DNA of 64,000 bases, taken from assembly GCF_964213995.1 (NCBI RefSeq), contig NC_135812.1, positions 81,220,001 through 81,284,000 of the forward strand, read 5' to 3'. Position numbers and translations under genes: made by a program. Of this stretch, positions 1 to 11,708 are shown piece by piece (within the stretch, counting starts at the first letter, position 1; the number at the start of each line of letters is the position of its first letter). This DNA comes from Mustelus asterias. Taxonomy: Eukaryota. Below the pieces are notes generated by a model, which ran no database searches, was not told where the DNA came from, and saw only the letters and a list, made by a program, of their open reading frames with translations.

Positions 1-830
1 TTCTTTCAACTATTTATCCAATTCTCTTTTTAAATGATACCACTGAATCTGCTTCTGCCACTTTTTGTACTCCATACCAATAAAAGCAAGGATCCCATTT
101 CATTTTACTTGCTTGTGCTGCCACCTTCATTGGTGTAGCTGCAGTCCTTTAAAATTATGCCATTTGGTTTATGTTGTCTCTCTTCTTTGTTCCAACCAAA
201 ATGAAGCAATTGCCACTTCACTGCTTTATACTTGATCTGTAATGTGACTTCCCATGTTACCAGTTAGTCCATGTTCTCATGAAGTCTGTAGCTATCCTTT
301 GTTATTCACTACAAGATTATGCCCTGTATACCCAAATACACATCAAAACATGTGGTCGTTCTAATACTGATCCTGGGACACACCGTTGTACACTTCCAGT
401 GGGAAAACAACTGTTCACCAATACATGCTCTTTCTTGTCATTACCCATATAACCAACTGTCTCTTCAATACCATGGACTTCAATTTCACTGATAAATCTA
501 TTATATGGTACACATTCGGAAAGTCCATATACACATCAACGTTCTGCCTTCATCAATCCTCTTCATAACTTCATCAAAGAACTCAATTAGGTTTGTCTCA
601 CACAATTTATCTTTAACTAACTTTGCTGACTTTTATTTGCTAGCCTTTATTTTACCAAATACCATATTATTTTGTCCCAGATCAGTGCCTCGATACTTTA
701 TTGGTGTTAGGCTGATTGATTTGCCTTTTCTGGGTTTATCCCTCTCCCGTTTCTTGAAATGGGATGAAAGGTTTGCAATTCTCCAGTCCTCCAGCATTTT
801 CTGTCTAAAGAGGATTGGATGATTGCTGCC
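1..830 (-). mobile_element. Old, degraded CR1-clade LINE fragments
   Basis: Reverse-strand similarity to the CR1 3' ends elsewhere in the window (e.g. tatttatccaattctcttttaaatgataccactgaatctgcttc); no intact ORF. Confidence 0.5.
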
Positions 831-1026
831 TCTGCACTTTCCTCACTAACTTAGATACAACCCATCCAGCCGAGATGACTTTGACTTTTCAACTTTCAGT
901 ACTTCAACCATTGCGAGTACCAACAGTTCATCTATTTTTACCCCATCCAATACTACTGCTATCTACTCCTTTATTGCAATATTGGCAGCATTTTCTTCTT
1001 TAGTGAAGATAAATAAAAGTACTTTG

Positions 1027-1350
1027 TAGAATAGAATCCCTCCCTTGCAGAAGAAGGCCATTCAGCCCATTGAGTCTGCATCAATTCTCTGACAGTATTT
1101 TACTGTCCTCGCCCTATTCCTGTCACCCCACACATTTTACCGTGGCTCACCCACCTAACTTACACAGCTTGGGACACTAAGGGACAATTTAGTGTGGCAA
1201 TCCACCTAACCTGCACAACTTTGGATAGTGGGAGGAAACTGTAGCACCTGGAGGAAACCCACTCACACACGGAGAACATGCAAATTCCACACAGACAGTC
1301 ACCAAGCCCTGAATTGAACCCGCAGTGCTAACCACTGTGCTACCATGCCA
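1027..1350 (-). mobile_element. HE1-type V-SINE (tRNA head, CR1-like tail)
   Basis: Reverse complement of tggcatggtagcacagtggttagcactg head, central ggtttcctccaggtgctac, tail gaatggccttcttctgca...attcta. Confidence 0.9.
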
Positions 1351-1639
1351 CTCCCTTAGCCCTGTTCTGTCTCCACAAAATGATTTCCTTTTTGATCCTT
1401 AATCCTTTCTATCTACTACCCTTTTTAATATATTTATGATTAGACTGTTTTGATTCTATATAAAGGAAAACAAATGGCAATTTGGGAAAAGAAAGAGCTT
1501 ACAATTTTTATTCTTTCACAGCTTGCGGGTATCACTACTGGGCCAGCGTTTGTTACCCATCCCTAAATTTATTTGCTGCGTTTCATAGCTTCAGAATCTC
1601 TCAAAACATTTTACAGCTAATTGAAGTACTTCTGAAGTT

Positions 1640-1830
1640 CTCCCACAAGAGAGAATCTAATAATCCTCCCTTAATGTTTATCAGCATTAGCACTGCCGAA
1701 TCCCTCACCATTATTATCCTGAGGTTACCATTGACCAGAAACCTATCTAGACCAGCCATATGTATACTGTGGCTACAAGAACAGGTCAGGGATTGACTTC
1801 CCAAACCCTTTTCACCATCTACAAGGCTGC
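1640..1830 (+). mobile_element. CR1/L2-group LINE RT fragment
   Basis: gttaccattgaccagaaac...actgtggctacaagaacaggtcag encodes degenerate VTIDQKL.W..H..TVATR; similar to 17950-18020. Confidence 0.6.
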
Positions 1831-2169
1831 CGTGCCCAGTAAAGGCCTGTCATTTTCACAACGTTTTGAACAAAATATTAACTGTATTCAGTGTGGAGTC
1901 TGAGGGTCATCGGATCCTGTCTCTTGATTCTAAACTGTCACATTGTCTCAAAAGGACACACTCTGGACTGGATCTGCCACTACCCACTTCTTGAAACCAT
2001 GTTGGCCTCCCAATTTAATCCTTAAGTGTTGCAGCAACACCTATACCTAAAGAACTGGAGTATGTAACATTGTAAGGTCTCCAAGTATGTTCCTTTTTTG
2101 AATTCACCAAGTTAGCAAACCAACCCCCTGGTACCAAGACCACAAGCAACTAACTCCGTGATCTGCAGG

Positions 2170-3600
2170 AGTGAGAACCTCTTTTTCATCAGGCCTGCAC
2201 TCTGTGTTTTCCAAGGTGAGCCAATGTGAATTACAAAGTTTTACCTGAATGTTTGTCAATCTGGCTTCAAGAATGACTTTAGCATATGTTTGATCACTCC
2301 ACTGAATCTGAAAGATGTGGTGAAGCCATTCTTGGTGAGAGATCTCTCGTGCCCTTGCGTATCACTAATACACAGTCCAGGTCTTGATGCAGTACAGGAA
2401 TGTGTTGTGTACACTAGACTTTTGTTGACTTGCAGAGGTCTTTGTGGTCAACCACCCACTGCTGTTGGAGACTGAGCTGGTCCACCTCATTGATTCACTC
2501 ATCAATGATGGCCTTTTGAAATAGTGGCTGCCAAGGTATGGAAACATTAAACATATTCCGGAGTCCCTCCTTCAACATCTGTGAGAGGTGGAATATTGGG
2601 ATAACTGGGCATGTTTATGAGTTTTTTGTTTTGGGAGCATTCAAGGACAGGCTGGGTCTCTTGTACGTGGAATTGATTAAGAGCGGCTTACAAATCTGGT
2701 GCAGAATGAGCAATGACTCTGCAGTCACCTGCAAACAGCGGACAATCTGTATCTATGGTGATCAGTTTTGTTTTGACATGGAGATTAAATATTGCCAAGA
2801 GTTTTCCATCTTGGCAATATTTAGTACTGACACCAGAGAGCAGTTGGTCTTTGAGTTGAATAGCCACTATCAGGTAAGTTTTATAAATAGTATGGGGGTT
2901 ATCACACTACCTTGTTTGACCCCAGTGTGGATTTTGAAGATATGTTTCAGATCTCCCACTCAAGCGAGTTGCTGCAAAATCATCAAGCATTTGGCGGATT
3001 GTGAAGTTTCTTGGACTTCCAAATCTCTGTAGCGCAATCCACAGAGCCTCATGATTTACTGAGTCAGATTCTTTGCTCCGGTCAATGAGAGCAATGAAGA
3101 GTTCCTGGTGGAGTTCTCAACATTTGTTTTGTATTTGTTTGGCAACAAAGAACTTGTCAGAGGTTCCTCTAGTAGGGCTAAACCACATTGCGTTACAGGG
3201 AGGATTTCCTTAGCCACAGGAAGTAAGTGATTCAGGAGAATGTGTGTCCAGATTGTCCCTGCTATGGACAAGAGCATGACTCATCTCCCTTTGTAAAGAT
3301 AGTTACAGTTGTCAAATTCCTGAAGTCAGGGCAGGGGCTGTGGGGGGAGAAGGTGAAGAGAGAGGGGGAAAAAGAACTCTCCACACAACCCTCTCAACTC
3401 CATAGACTGAGTACATGGAGCCTTGATGTGAGTGAAAGCTTTGAAGACCTCAGCTGGAATACCACTAGGCCATAGGCTTCATTTTTTTTCATCTGTTTGA
3501 TTGCTTGTTGTAGCTCTCCTACCAATCGTGGTTTACTCATGAATTCTACCACAGGGTACTGAGGTTTAGCCTGGAGAGTATAAACTGCCACTGTGGATTC
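2170..3600 (-). mobile_element. Degraded RTE-clade LINE (RT region)
   Basis: Minus-strand peptides LLSIAGTIWTHILLNHLLPVAKEILPVTQCG (RTE PESQCGFR-like) and TFLYCIKTWTVY (LLYGCETW-like); many stops and frameshifts. Confidence 0.75.
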
Positions 3601-3859
3601 ACAGTTGCGGAGTTTTTGAAAATGTTCTTTTCAGTGTGGATGAAATGGCATTGTCATCCTTATGAAGAGAGACACTGTGCCGTGAGGAAATAGGATTTTG
3701 TCCATTTAACCCTGGCCTATTCATGGCCCTGGTCGCTTCAGAAAAGTTTTTACACCTAATGACAGCAATAAATATTGTCCTTGCTAGCAACACTTGTATC
3801 CCATGAAGGAAGGAAAAGTGCAGACACTGTTGAAATGTAGGAAGTATGGCAGATAAGTT

Positions 3860-4085
3860 TTGGACAGTGGAGTCCCCAAAAATAGCAATGAAATAAATGG
3901 TCAAATCATCTGTTAGAGGGGTGAATGTTGGCCGAGTCACCTTGCTCTTCTTTGAGCAGTACTGTGGGACCTTCTTTGTCCATCTGAGAGGGTAGGTGAG
4001 GACCAGGTTTAACATCTCATCCACATGATGACACATCTGAGAGTGCAGCACACCCTCAGTAAAGTATTGAAGTGTTAGCATAAAT
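3860..4085 (-). mobile_element. DeuSINE (SacSINE1/AmnSINE1-like) fragment
   Basis: ggtttaacatctcatcc...gacacatctgagagtgcagcacaccctcagta is the reverse complement of the Deu central domain; a second copy lies at 27540-27905. Confidence 0.7.
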
Positions 4086-4499
4086 ATCAAGTAAAAAGAA
4101 AGGCGCACACAACATCAAACCATAATGACCTAAGAACAAGTACCCTAATAAAGATAAAGCTGATGATTACTTTGGTTGGCATCATTGGCTAGTCAGTTGG
4201 ATAATTCTAGGACTTGGCAAAGATGGTGAATATGCTACTTATGAATAATTGATATTATACCAGGGACTATTATGAAATATTTAATTATGCAGCTATAATG
4301 ACTCTAGTTGAGAACCTTAGAACTATGTTATTGTTCTGGATGGTACTGTTGCTATAATTGCTACCATTGCTGTTGTGTTAATGACATTATTAGCACAGTT
4401 TTCTTTAAATACCTAGCTAAGGATGCTTTTCCTGACATCATCATCTATCCACGTGCAATAGTATGAATGATAAACCTGGAAATTAGCAGTTTGTCCTAT

Positions 4500-5815
4500 T
4501 GAGGATGTAGCGTAGCCTAGCCATGGATTTATGAGACAAGCCTAGCATTTGCACCTCCCTCTCGACCTCGTAGGCTGGTATCCAGGGAAAGATTGAAAGC
4601 CTATACATCTGGGCCTAGCTGGTTCCTGGTGTTGACAAAAGGTGCTAACTTGAGGGAAATCCCAACCATCTAATTGGATTCCACTCCAGATTTCATTGGG
4701 TTCACTCCCCTGGCCATTAGTTCTTGATATTTTGTGAGACTAACTACAACTCTGCCTGGCAGGGAAAGAGTGCTGGAGTCCACCGTGAGCATGTTGTAGA
4801 CATCACAATGAGCAACCAGCTGATAATGGTCAATGGAACTGCAATCAAGGCTACTTGAGTGTCTCATCTGCCTATGGCTGTCATCTGATTGAGGTGCAGC
4901 CAACACAATATGCACTGACATATCAACTATATATGCTAGCATTTCAGGCTACCTACCTGACTTTCTGAAGAGTATGCCAAATGGCAAGAGGCTATTCATC
5001 CTGGATGATTTCAGTGCACATACTGGGGCAGACTGATTTATGGCCGATTTGTCTCGGTCCTCAGGATGTGGGTAAGATCAACATAACGGATAACACCTTC
5101 TTGAGCTCTGTGTCCTGAATGAACTCTGCATCATCAACACCTTCTTTCAGGGCAGACATTGCCACAAGGCATCATGGTTCCACTCAAGGTATGGCCATTA
5201 ACACCAACTAGACCTGGTCATCATGAGAAGGCACAATCTGCCTAATGGTCTCCACAGGCACACTTACTACACTGCAGATTGCAACACTGACCAATCTCTC
5301 ATCAGCAACAGAGTGAATGTGCACCATCAAATGTTTCACAATTCCAACCACAATGGCCCGCCATGCATCAACATCCCTTACACAAGTAATGATGTCAAAT
5401 ACCAATATTTAGCACTATCCCAAGATTTATCAGGAAGCGTCAATATTGATATCGATGAAGATTGGAAATCACCAAGCTCAAACATCTGTGAAGCAACAGG
5501 AGCATGATTTGGTCAAGGTGGAACCTTCAAGGACTGGTTTGAGACCTACTCATCTGAGCTGACATCTGTTATTGATCCACAAAAACAAAGCCTACATGGC
5601 ACACACAACCTAGACCCACAACTAAAACACTGCATGACCTGAAAGTAGCTAAGGCATCCAGGGAAGTGGTGTGCAAATAAACAATGGATCAACTTATGGC
5701 AGGAAGTTCAAACTGCCTGTGACAATGCAAATCTGAATTTTATCTGGAGGGATCAAGAGGGCACTTGGTCTTATAATGACCAAGGATACCCCCTCAAATC
5801 AGCATGTTCTCACCA
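4500..5815 (+). mobile_element. Degraded RTE LINE, 5' part (AP endonuclease)
   Basis: Peptides LFILDDFSAH (GDFNA-like), LCIINTFFQ, ASWFHSR, QLDLVIMRR, ADCNTDQSLI (C.TDH-like). Confidence 0.75.
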
Positions 5816-6482
5816 GTAGAAGTATTATGGATAAGTAATATAAGAAATACTCATCACTTGAGCTGTAAACAGCTTAGAAACTGACCAGAGACAGATGGAA
5901 TCCCAGCTGAACTGTTCAAGCACAGATAGTCCCATTGTTTTCCACACCTTTATGACTTTTTTCCATCTCTACTGAAAGGTAGGCTCCATTTCACAGGAGA
6001 TGTGTAACACCTGTTACACACCCTAACTTACCTTAGTCTTGAGTTCAGAGGTCTGGAACTCAAGCCCTGACCGACCTCCCACTCCTGCACATGCTGGGAA
6101 CAGGCTGCATATACAAATTTCTACATCTTTTACGTTCTGCCTATGGGAGTTATGACGCCCAGTGTCTTCATCCGATGCAGCTCATTGACTACTTCCTGCA
6201 TCATAGCTAAGGATACTCTCCTCACAGCACAGACTGTTGGTGGTATCGAGGCATCTAGCCACATGTGGTATATTACAGGTAGTTTACCAATGACATTGCA
6301 GTTGAAGAGGTCTTTGTACTCTATCGTTTCTGGGCCTGGTCATGCAGAGAGTCCAATTCTGGACCAAGGTGGATGAACCCCAGTGTGATGCTGTCCCAAA
6401 GACCTAGCTGTAGCCATGTTCTGGTCAAGTTGCTCTGTGTGCAATGGAGAGTGGCCACACCTTCCATGTGGATGATTTTTCT

Positions 6483-6662
6483 TTCGGAGCGCTGCTCCTT
6501 CGTCAAATGGAGTGGAAATCTCTCTGACACATCTCATCTGACGAAGGAGCAGCGCTCCGAAAGCTAATGGCATTTGCTACCAAATAAACCTGTTGGACTT
6601 TAACCTGGTGTTATTAAAACTCTTACTGTGTTTACCCCAGTAAAACGCCGGCATCTCCACAT
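6483..6662 (+). mobile_element. Penelope-like pseudo-LTR mini-insertion with an inverted partial copy and a 12-bp TSD
   Basis: TSD GATGATTTTTCT at 6471-6482 and 6663-6674; 25-bp perfect inverted repeat 6481-6505/6540-6564; tail aataaacctgttggactttaacctggtg also at 60813-60935. Confidence 0.8.
6536..6572 (+). ncRNA. Minimal type I hammerhead ribozyme motif (Penelope pLTR)
   Basis: CTGACGA-a-GGAGC(agc)GCTCC-GAAA-GCTA: core boxes, 5-bp helix II, near-palindromic helix III. Confidence 0.6.
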
Positions 6663-7737
6663 GATGATTTTTCTGCCATACGCCACAAGGTCCACCTGGG
6701 TGTTTGACTCTGGTTCTGCATATGTGTCTAGTTCCTGCAGCATTTGCCTGGGTAATATATTACACTTTACTCCAATGTCAATCTTTACTTTGTTTTGCAT
6801 TGCATTGCTGCAAACAATGTTCAAGGTGGTGAAGATCTCGCCTTTCTCTGACGGTGTCAACACTCTCTCACAGTGGAGTGTTGTTGGAGGCTTAGTGGTT
6901 TGGTTGCTCTGATTGAGCTCCAGGTTATTCATCTTGCTCATGCTCCAAACCTTGGAGGAATGATCGGCTGTAATGTGGCTGGTAGCATAGGAATGCTGTT
7001 ACAGTCTAGATTTGCAGCATTTCGCAAAATGGTTCCACTTGCTGCATTTATTGCAGCGTTTACTAAATGCCAAACGTGCTGTTCTGTTTTGAGGGTGATG
7101 GCCACCACAGTTGGGACAGCGCATACTGAACCACACATTCAGCATACAGATGCTGATTGCAATGTTAGATCTTTCTCAAAGAAGCTACTTGCAGACAAGA
7201 TCACAGTGGATCCCACACACTATGCGATCCCTGACTACGTCATCAGTAAGGGTGCCATATGCACTTTTTTTTGCGCGACGATTTTTAAAGTGACAGTTAA
7301 ATGCATGCCTGCCTATCGAGTATAATCTTCACTGGCAAACAAATCTTCTCAAACTTTTTAGCAGTATCTCAGGGTCCTCTTTCCCCTCCTCCATTGGAAA
7401 ACAATAGGTTCAGACTTTGTATTTGTCCGATTAAACCGGCACTGCTGTACGTGTGCCGCTCTTTTTCAAACTTGGCCCAGTTGTCTGCAATATTTTTGTC
7501 AAACATGTACAAGTCCTAGGTTCCAAGGACTTATAACAACAACAGTTTATTAAGTACTCAGAGCAGTTCTTTACATGTTGTAACTCTGCCTGCGCTCTGA
7601 AGAGAACTCCCAATATCCTGTCATGTGACCCTTTAAGGAGCCGCATCTTCATGACATCACGTGACCACTCGATCTACAATAGGCATCAATAAAACCGTGG
7701 TTGTGGGACAGGTGTCGCGTCGCCACCCCTGATCACA

Positions 7738-8180
7738 CTAAATAATACTCTTCTGGAAGCAGTTAGCAAATTCTGCTTGTCTACTGTGTTAAAGTCCACA
7801 GTGACAGATAATCTGTTCCTTGATGCAGAGGTCAATACATGCGTAGGGAAAGCAGCTACCTCCTTTGGTTGACTCTCAAAACATGCGTGGAGTAACGTCA
7901 AGCTGATGCGTTATAAAGACCAGTGTTTCTTCGTACTTGCTGTAGGGCTTTGAAACATGGATGGCTTTCAGCTACAGCTCAACAATTTCCATCTTGGCTG
8001 TCTGCGAAACATTTCGGATAGACCCTGCCAGGACAAAGTCACAATTACGGTAGTCTTCTCAAAGGGCAGAGCCTCCTAGAATGTTAGCACTAATCAAACA
8101 GGTGTCTTCAGTGAATTGGGCAAGTCTGCAGGATGGAAGAGGATCGTATACCCAAGGAGCACTGATCTGGGAAGTGAGAA
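7738..8180 (+). mobile_element. RTE LINE 3' part (continuation of 4500-5815)
   Basis: LDAEVNTCVGKAATSFG*LSKHAW (RTE FGRL motif), followed by FETW, LNNFHL.CLR and MQDGRGS-like motifs. Confidence 0.75.
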
Positions 8181-8426
8181 AACAGAGCAATCACCAAAAT
8201 ACACAATACATTTCCCCCCCTATCACCCCACACACACAATGTTCACTAAGTTTGCAGGGGGAAAAAAAATTAAAGCAACAAAGCTGGCATTGTTGCTGAT
8301 GCCCACAGCTCATGAAAGAATAAAATTAAGATAAAACTTTCAGAATCCGTAGGGTATGAAGGAATCTGGGAAAGAATATAAGTGATTTGAAGAAGTTAAC
8401 CACAGTTAGTCTCGAGGGTTACTGAT

Positions 8427-8613
8427 CATAGAATCATAGAAACCCTACAGTGCAGAAGGAGGCCATTCGGCCCATCAAGTCTGCACCGACCACAATCCCA
8501 CCCAGGACCTACCCCCACATATTTACCCGCTAATCCCACTAACCTACGCATCTCAGGACTCTAAGCGGCAATTTCTAACCTGGCCAATCAACCTAACCCG
8601 CACATCTTTGGAC
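8427..8613 (-). mobile_element. 5'-truncated HE1-type SINE at the edge of a solo LTR
   Basis: catagaatcataga tail; ACTGAT on both sides (8421-8426, 8612-8617). Confidence 0.85.
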
Positions 8614-8859
8614 TGATGCGCTATCAATAAGGCGAAAGACTACCGATATGCCAATATAAGTGTAGGCTTTTATTCACAACAGAATCAGGAGCAGATCCCA
8701 ACAAATAACCGACCTGGACTGAACAAGGGGGAGGAGACAGCCACCTTTATACTAGGTGCTGAGGGGAGGAACCAAACTGGAAGGGGATGTGTCCAGGTAT
8801 GACAAGCGCACACAACGGTGGTCCATATAGGACAAAGGTACAACCTGAGGTCCACCACA
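8614..8859 (-). mobile_element. Solo LTR related to the Gypsy element at 32914-37324
   Basis: TG...CA ends; colinear with LTR 32914-33152 (gcgctatcaat, gtaggcttttattca, cacctttatactagg, gtccaccaca); TSD GTTAC at 8418-8422 and 8860-8864. Confidence 0.9.
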
Positions 8860-9147
8860 GTTACTATCTACATTCTGCAGTGGTCACAAGTGAACATGTT
8901 TTAAAGCTAGCCCTGAACTCCCCGCTGCTGTGTCCAGGGAGAATAGGAACAATACGTTAATAGTTCCACCGCTGATAAAGCCTTGGACCATTTGAAGGAA
9001 ATCCTTGCATAGCAAGAGCATAGTTTGTGGAAAAAAGCTCACAAATATTTCTGCTATGTTATGAACAAAGCAAGATAACATTCTAGCTAGTCAGTTTAAT
9101 TACCATTAGTATGGCTACATGCAAGCCACAAACTTTTGTTTTAAAAT

Positions 9148-9895
9148 TCTTTCATGAGATGTGGAGGTCATTGACAAGGCTAGTATTTGTTGCCCACCAC
9201 TAATTGTCCTTGAGAAGATGATTATAATCTCCCTCCTTGAACTGTTGCAGTCCATGTGGTGTAGGGACACCAACAGTGCTGTTAGGAAGGAAATTCCAGG
9301 ATTTTGTTCCGATGACAGAATGGTGGATGTTATAGTTCCAAGTCAGGAATGGTGTGTGGCTTGAAGGGGAACTGGCAGATGACAGTGTTCCTATGTGCCT
9401 GCTGCCCTTGTCCTCCTAGGTAGTAGAGGTTGTGGGTTTGGAAGATGCTGTCTGAGGAGCCTTGGTGTGTTGTTCCGGTATATCTTGTACATTGTACATT
9501 GTTCCCATTGTAAGTCTCTATTGGAGGGAGTAAATCTTTTAGGCTAGTGGATTGCTTTGTCCTGGATAGTGTTGCAGCTTCTTGAACACTGTTGGAACCG
9601 CACTCATCCAGGTATTCCTTCACACTCCTGGCTTGTGCATTGTAGATGATGGGTAGACTTTGGAGAGTCAGGAGGTGAGTTACTCACCTCAGAACACCCA
9701 GACTCTAAACTCTCTTGGAGCCGCAGTATTTATATGGCTGGTCCATTTCAATTTTTGGTCAATGGTAACCCCTCCGCCCCCAGAATGTTGTTAGTGGGAG
9801 AATCAGCAAAGGTAATGCAATTGAATATCCTGGAGGGTAATTCGATTCGCTCTTGTTGGAGATGGTCATTGCCTGGCACTTGTGTGGTGCAAATG
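9148..9895 (-). mobile_element. CR1/L2-group LINE 3' fragment
   Basis: Reverse complement of the 3' end gggcaa..aaatactagcc...cacatctcatgaa; same family as 19700-19900 and 59185-59660. Confidence 0.75.
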
Positions 9896-9934
9896 TTCTG
9901 TATTTTTGGGTAGAATTAAAAATGTAATGCTCTT

Positions 9935-10148
9935 ATGCATTTCTTCGCCCAAAAATGTTGTGTATCTTTGGAATTCTCTAACCCAGAGGCTTGTGGATCC
10001 TACATCATTGACTGGGTTTAGGGCTGAGATAGAGAGCTTTTGGCCTCTCAGGGAATCAAGAGGTATGTGGAGCAGGTGTGAATGTCGATCCATGATGTTG
10101 AATGGCAGTGCAGGCTGGATGAGTCATATGGTCTGCTCCTATGTCTAT
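9935..10148 (+). mobile_element. CR1 LINE 3' end
   Basis: VVYLWNSLTQR motif and ggtctgctcctatgtc tail. Confidence 0.7.
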
Positions 10149-10318
10149 AATATTATAATATTATATATGTTGTGTATAGTATCCTGAACTAGCTTGTGTA
10201 ACTTAGTTAATCCTTTTGAAATAATTCTATTACATTCAACTGATGGTGCAATATGTTTGCTTATTGAGAAATCAATTCTCACTGACCTAAAAATATTATC
10301 CCAAAATTATGAAACTCC

Positions 10319-10356
10319 ATGACTTGAAACAAGCCATATGACTTGAAACAAGCCAT
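10319..10356. repeat. 19-bp tandem duplication
   Basis: atgacttgaaacaagccat x2. Confidence 0.9.
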
Positions 10357-11407
10357 GAGACAAAGGGAGGTAAAAGCAACATTATGGTACTGGAATTTTA
10401 ACAGGTTGTGAATTAATTTCCACCAAGTTGGGGAAATTTAAAACGGGCAATTAATGGGCTGACTTTAGATAAAATGACCGTACACATTCCTGAATAGTCA
10501 TAAAAATCCCATTGTTTCGCTAACCCCTTTGCATGGTCAGGACCTGCCACCCCTCCCACACCTGGGCCTAAGAATAACTCCAGCCCTATATTATGTAGTT
10601 CATTCTTAATGGCCTCAGGGAAATGAGGGAAAGGCAAGGGAGATCGCCTTTCACATCCAGCCACATCCCAAGAATTTTCCAAACAAAATGCTTTGAAGTG
10701 ACTTTGTGTAGGAAGCAGTTCATGCCCTCCACACTTTCTCGTCCTTTCTTGACTTTCATAAGGAGGACCAATAAGTGGAGGTTCAAGGCTTCTTAAGAAT
10801 CTAGAGGAAAAATTGCAGATGGCTCACCTCTAAGCATTCCCCAGTTGTTAATTCAAAGGAATCAATCCAAGACCTAGAATTAGGTTGCTGCAGGCTCTTT
10901 GCATTCTGAAATAATGCATGCTTCAGGGATTTCAGGCTGGGATGAAAATCAGCTGAAAGGACCACCCCTCTTCGTATACCTCAGTTCTCAGTCAGTACTT
11001 CAAAAGGAACATAATTACGTTTGAACACTGACCTCGTTTTGCCAATTACTTTTAAACATATTCCACAAGTGTATGCAGTTCACCAGAGCAAGTTCCCCTT
11101 TCTGTATTGATATCAATAAATTCATTTTTATTTAGCAATGTTAAAGTCTCAGCCTTACTATTTAATGACCTTGCCTCCACTTGTTTCAACTATAAGTAAC
11201 AAACTATTTACAGAGAACATTCATGACCAATGCTCCAGATCTCTGCCCGATTTGTGTCTTCTGCTCCTCAATGCAGTGACTCATCATTTTTGAACTGCAG
11301 CTTCATGAGGGTTTTCAGACTCCGGAGTGATGCCAGTCAGTGTGACTCCACTCTCTAATTCCTCTTTTTGGCTCCTTAGCCACCCTCAGGGGCTTCAAGC
11401 TGCCCAA

Positions 11408-11708
11408 GGGTGGCACAGTGGTTAGCACTGCTGCCTCACAGCGCCAAGGACCCGGGTTCACTTCCAGCCTCGGGTCACTGTCTTTGTGGAGTTTGCACAT
11501 TCTCCCCGTGTTTGCTCCAGGTTCCTCCTACACTTGAAAAATGTGCATGTTAAGTGAATTGGCCATACTAAATTGACCCTTAGTGTCAGGGGGATTAGTA
11601 GGGTAAATACGTGAGGTTCCAGGGTTGGGGCCTGGGTGAGATTATTGTCAGTGTAGGCTCAATGGGCCAAATGGCCTCCTTCTGCACTGTAGGGATTCTA
11701 TGATTCTA
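11408..11708 (+). mobile_element. HE1-type V-SINE
   Basis: A box tggcacagtgg, B-box-like gggttcacttcc, tail gggattctatgattcta. Confidence 0.9.

Larger units (their letters stand above)
5820..7737 (-). mobile_element. Degraded Gypsy-like LTR retrotransposon remnant (LTR about 7505-7737, gag Zn-knuckle, protease) nested in the RTE LINE
   Basis: Minus strand: tgcaataaatgcagcaagtggaaccattttgcgaaatgctgc = CNKCSKWNHFAKCC (CCHC knuckle); VKIDIGVKCNILP (D-T/S-G-like protease); LVAYG. Confidence 0.7.

Noticed and set aside
11408-11480. tRNA genes suggested by A/B boxes
   Set aside because: All continue into SINE bodies and tails; no cloverleaf with a proper acceptor end
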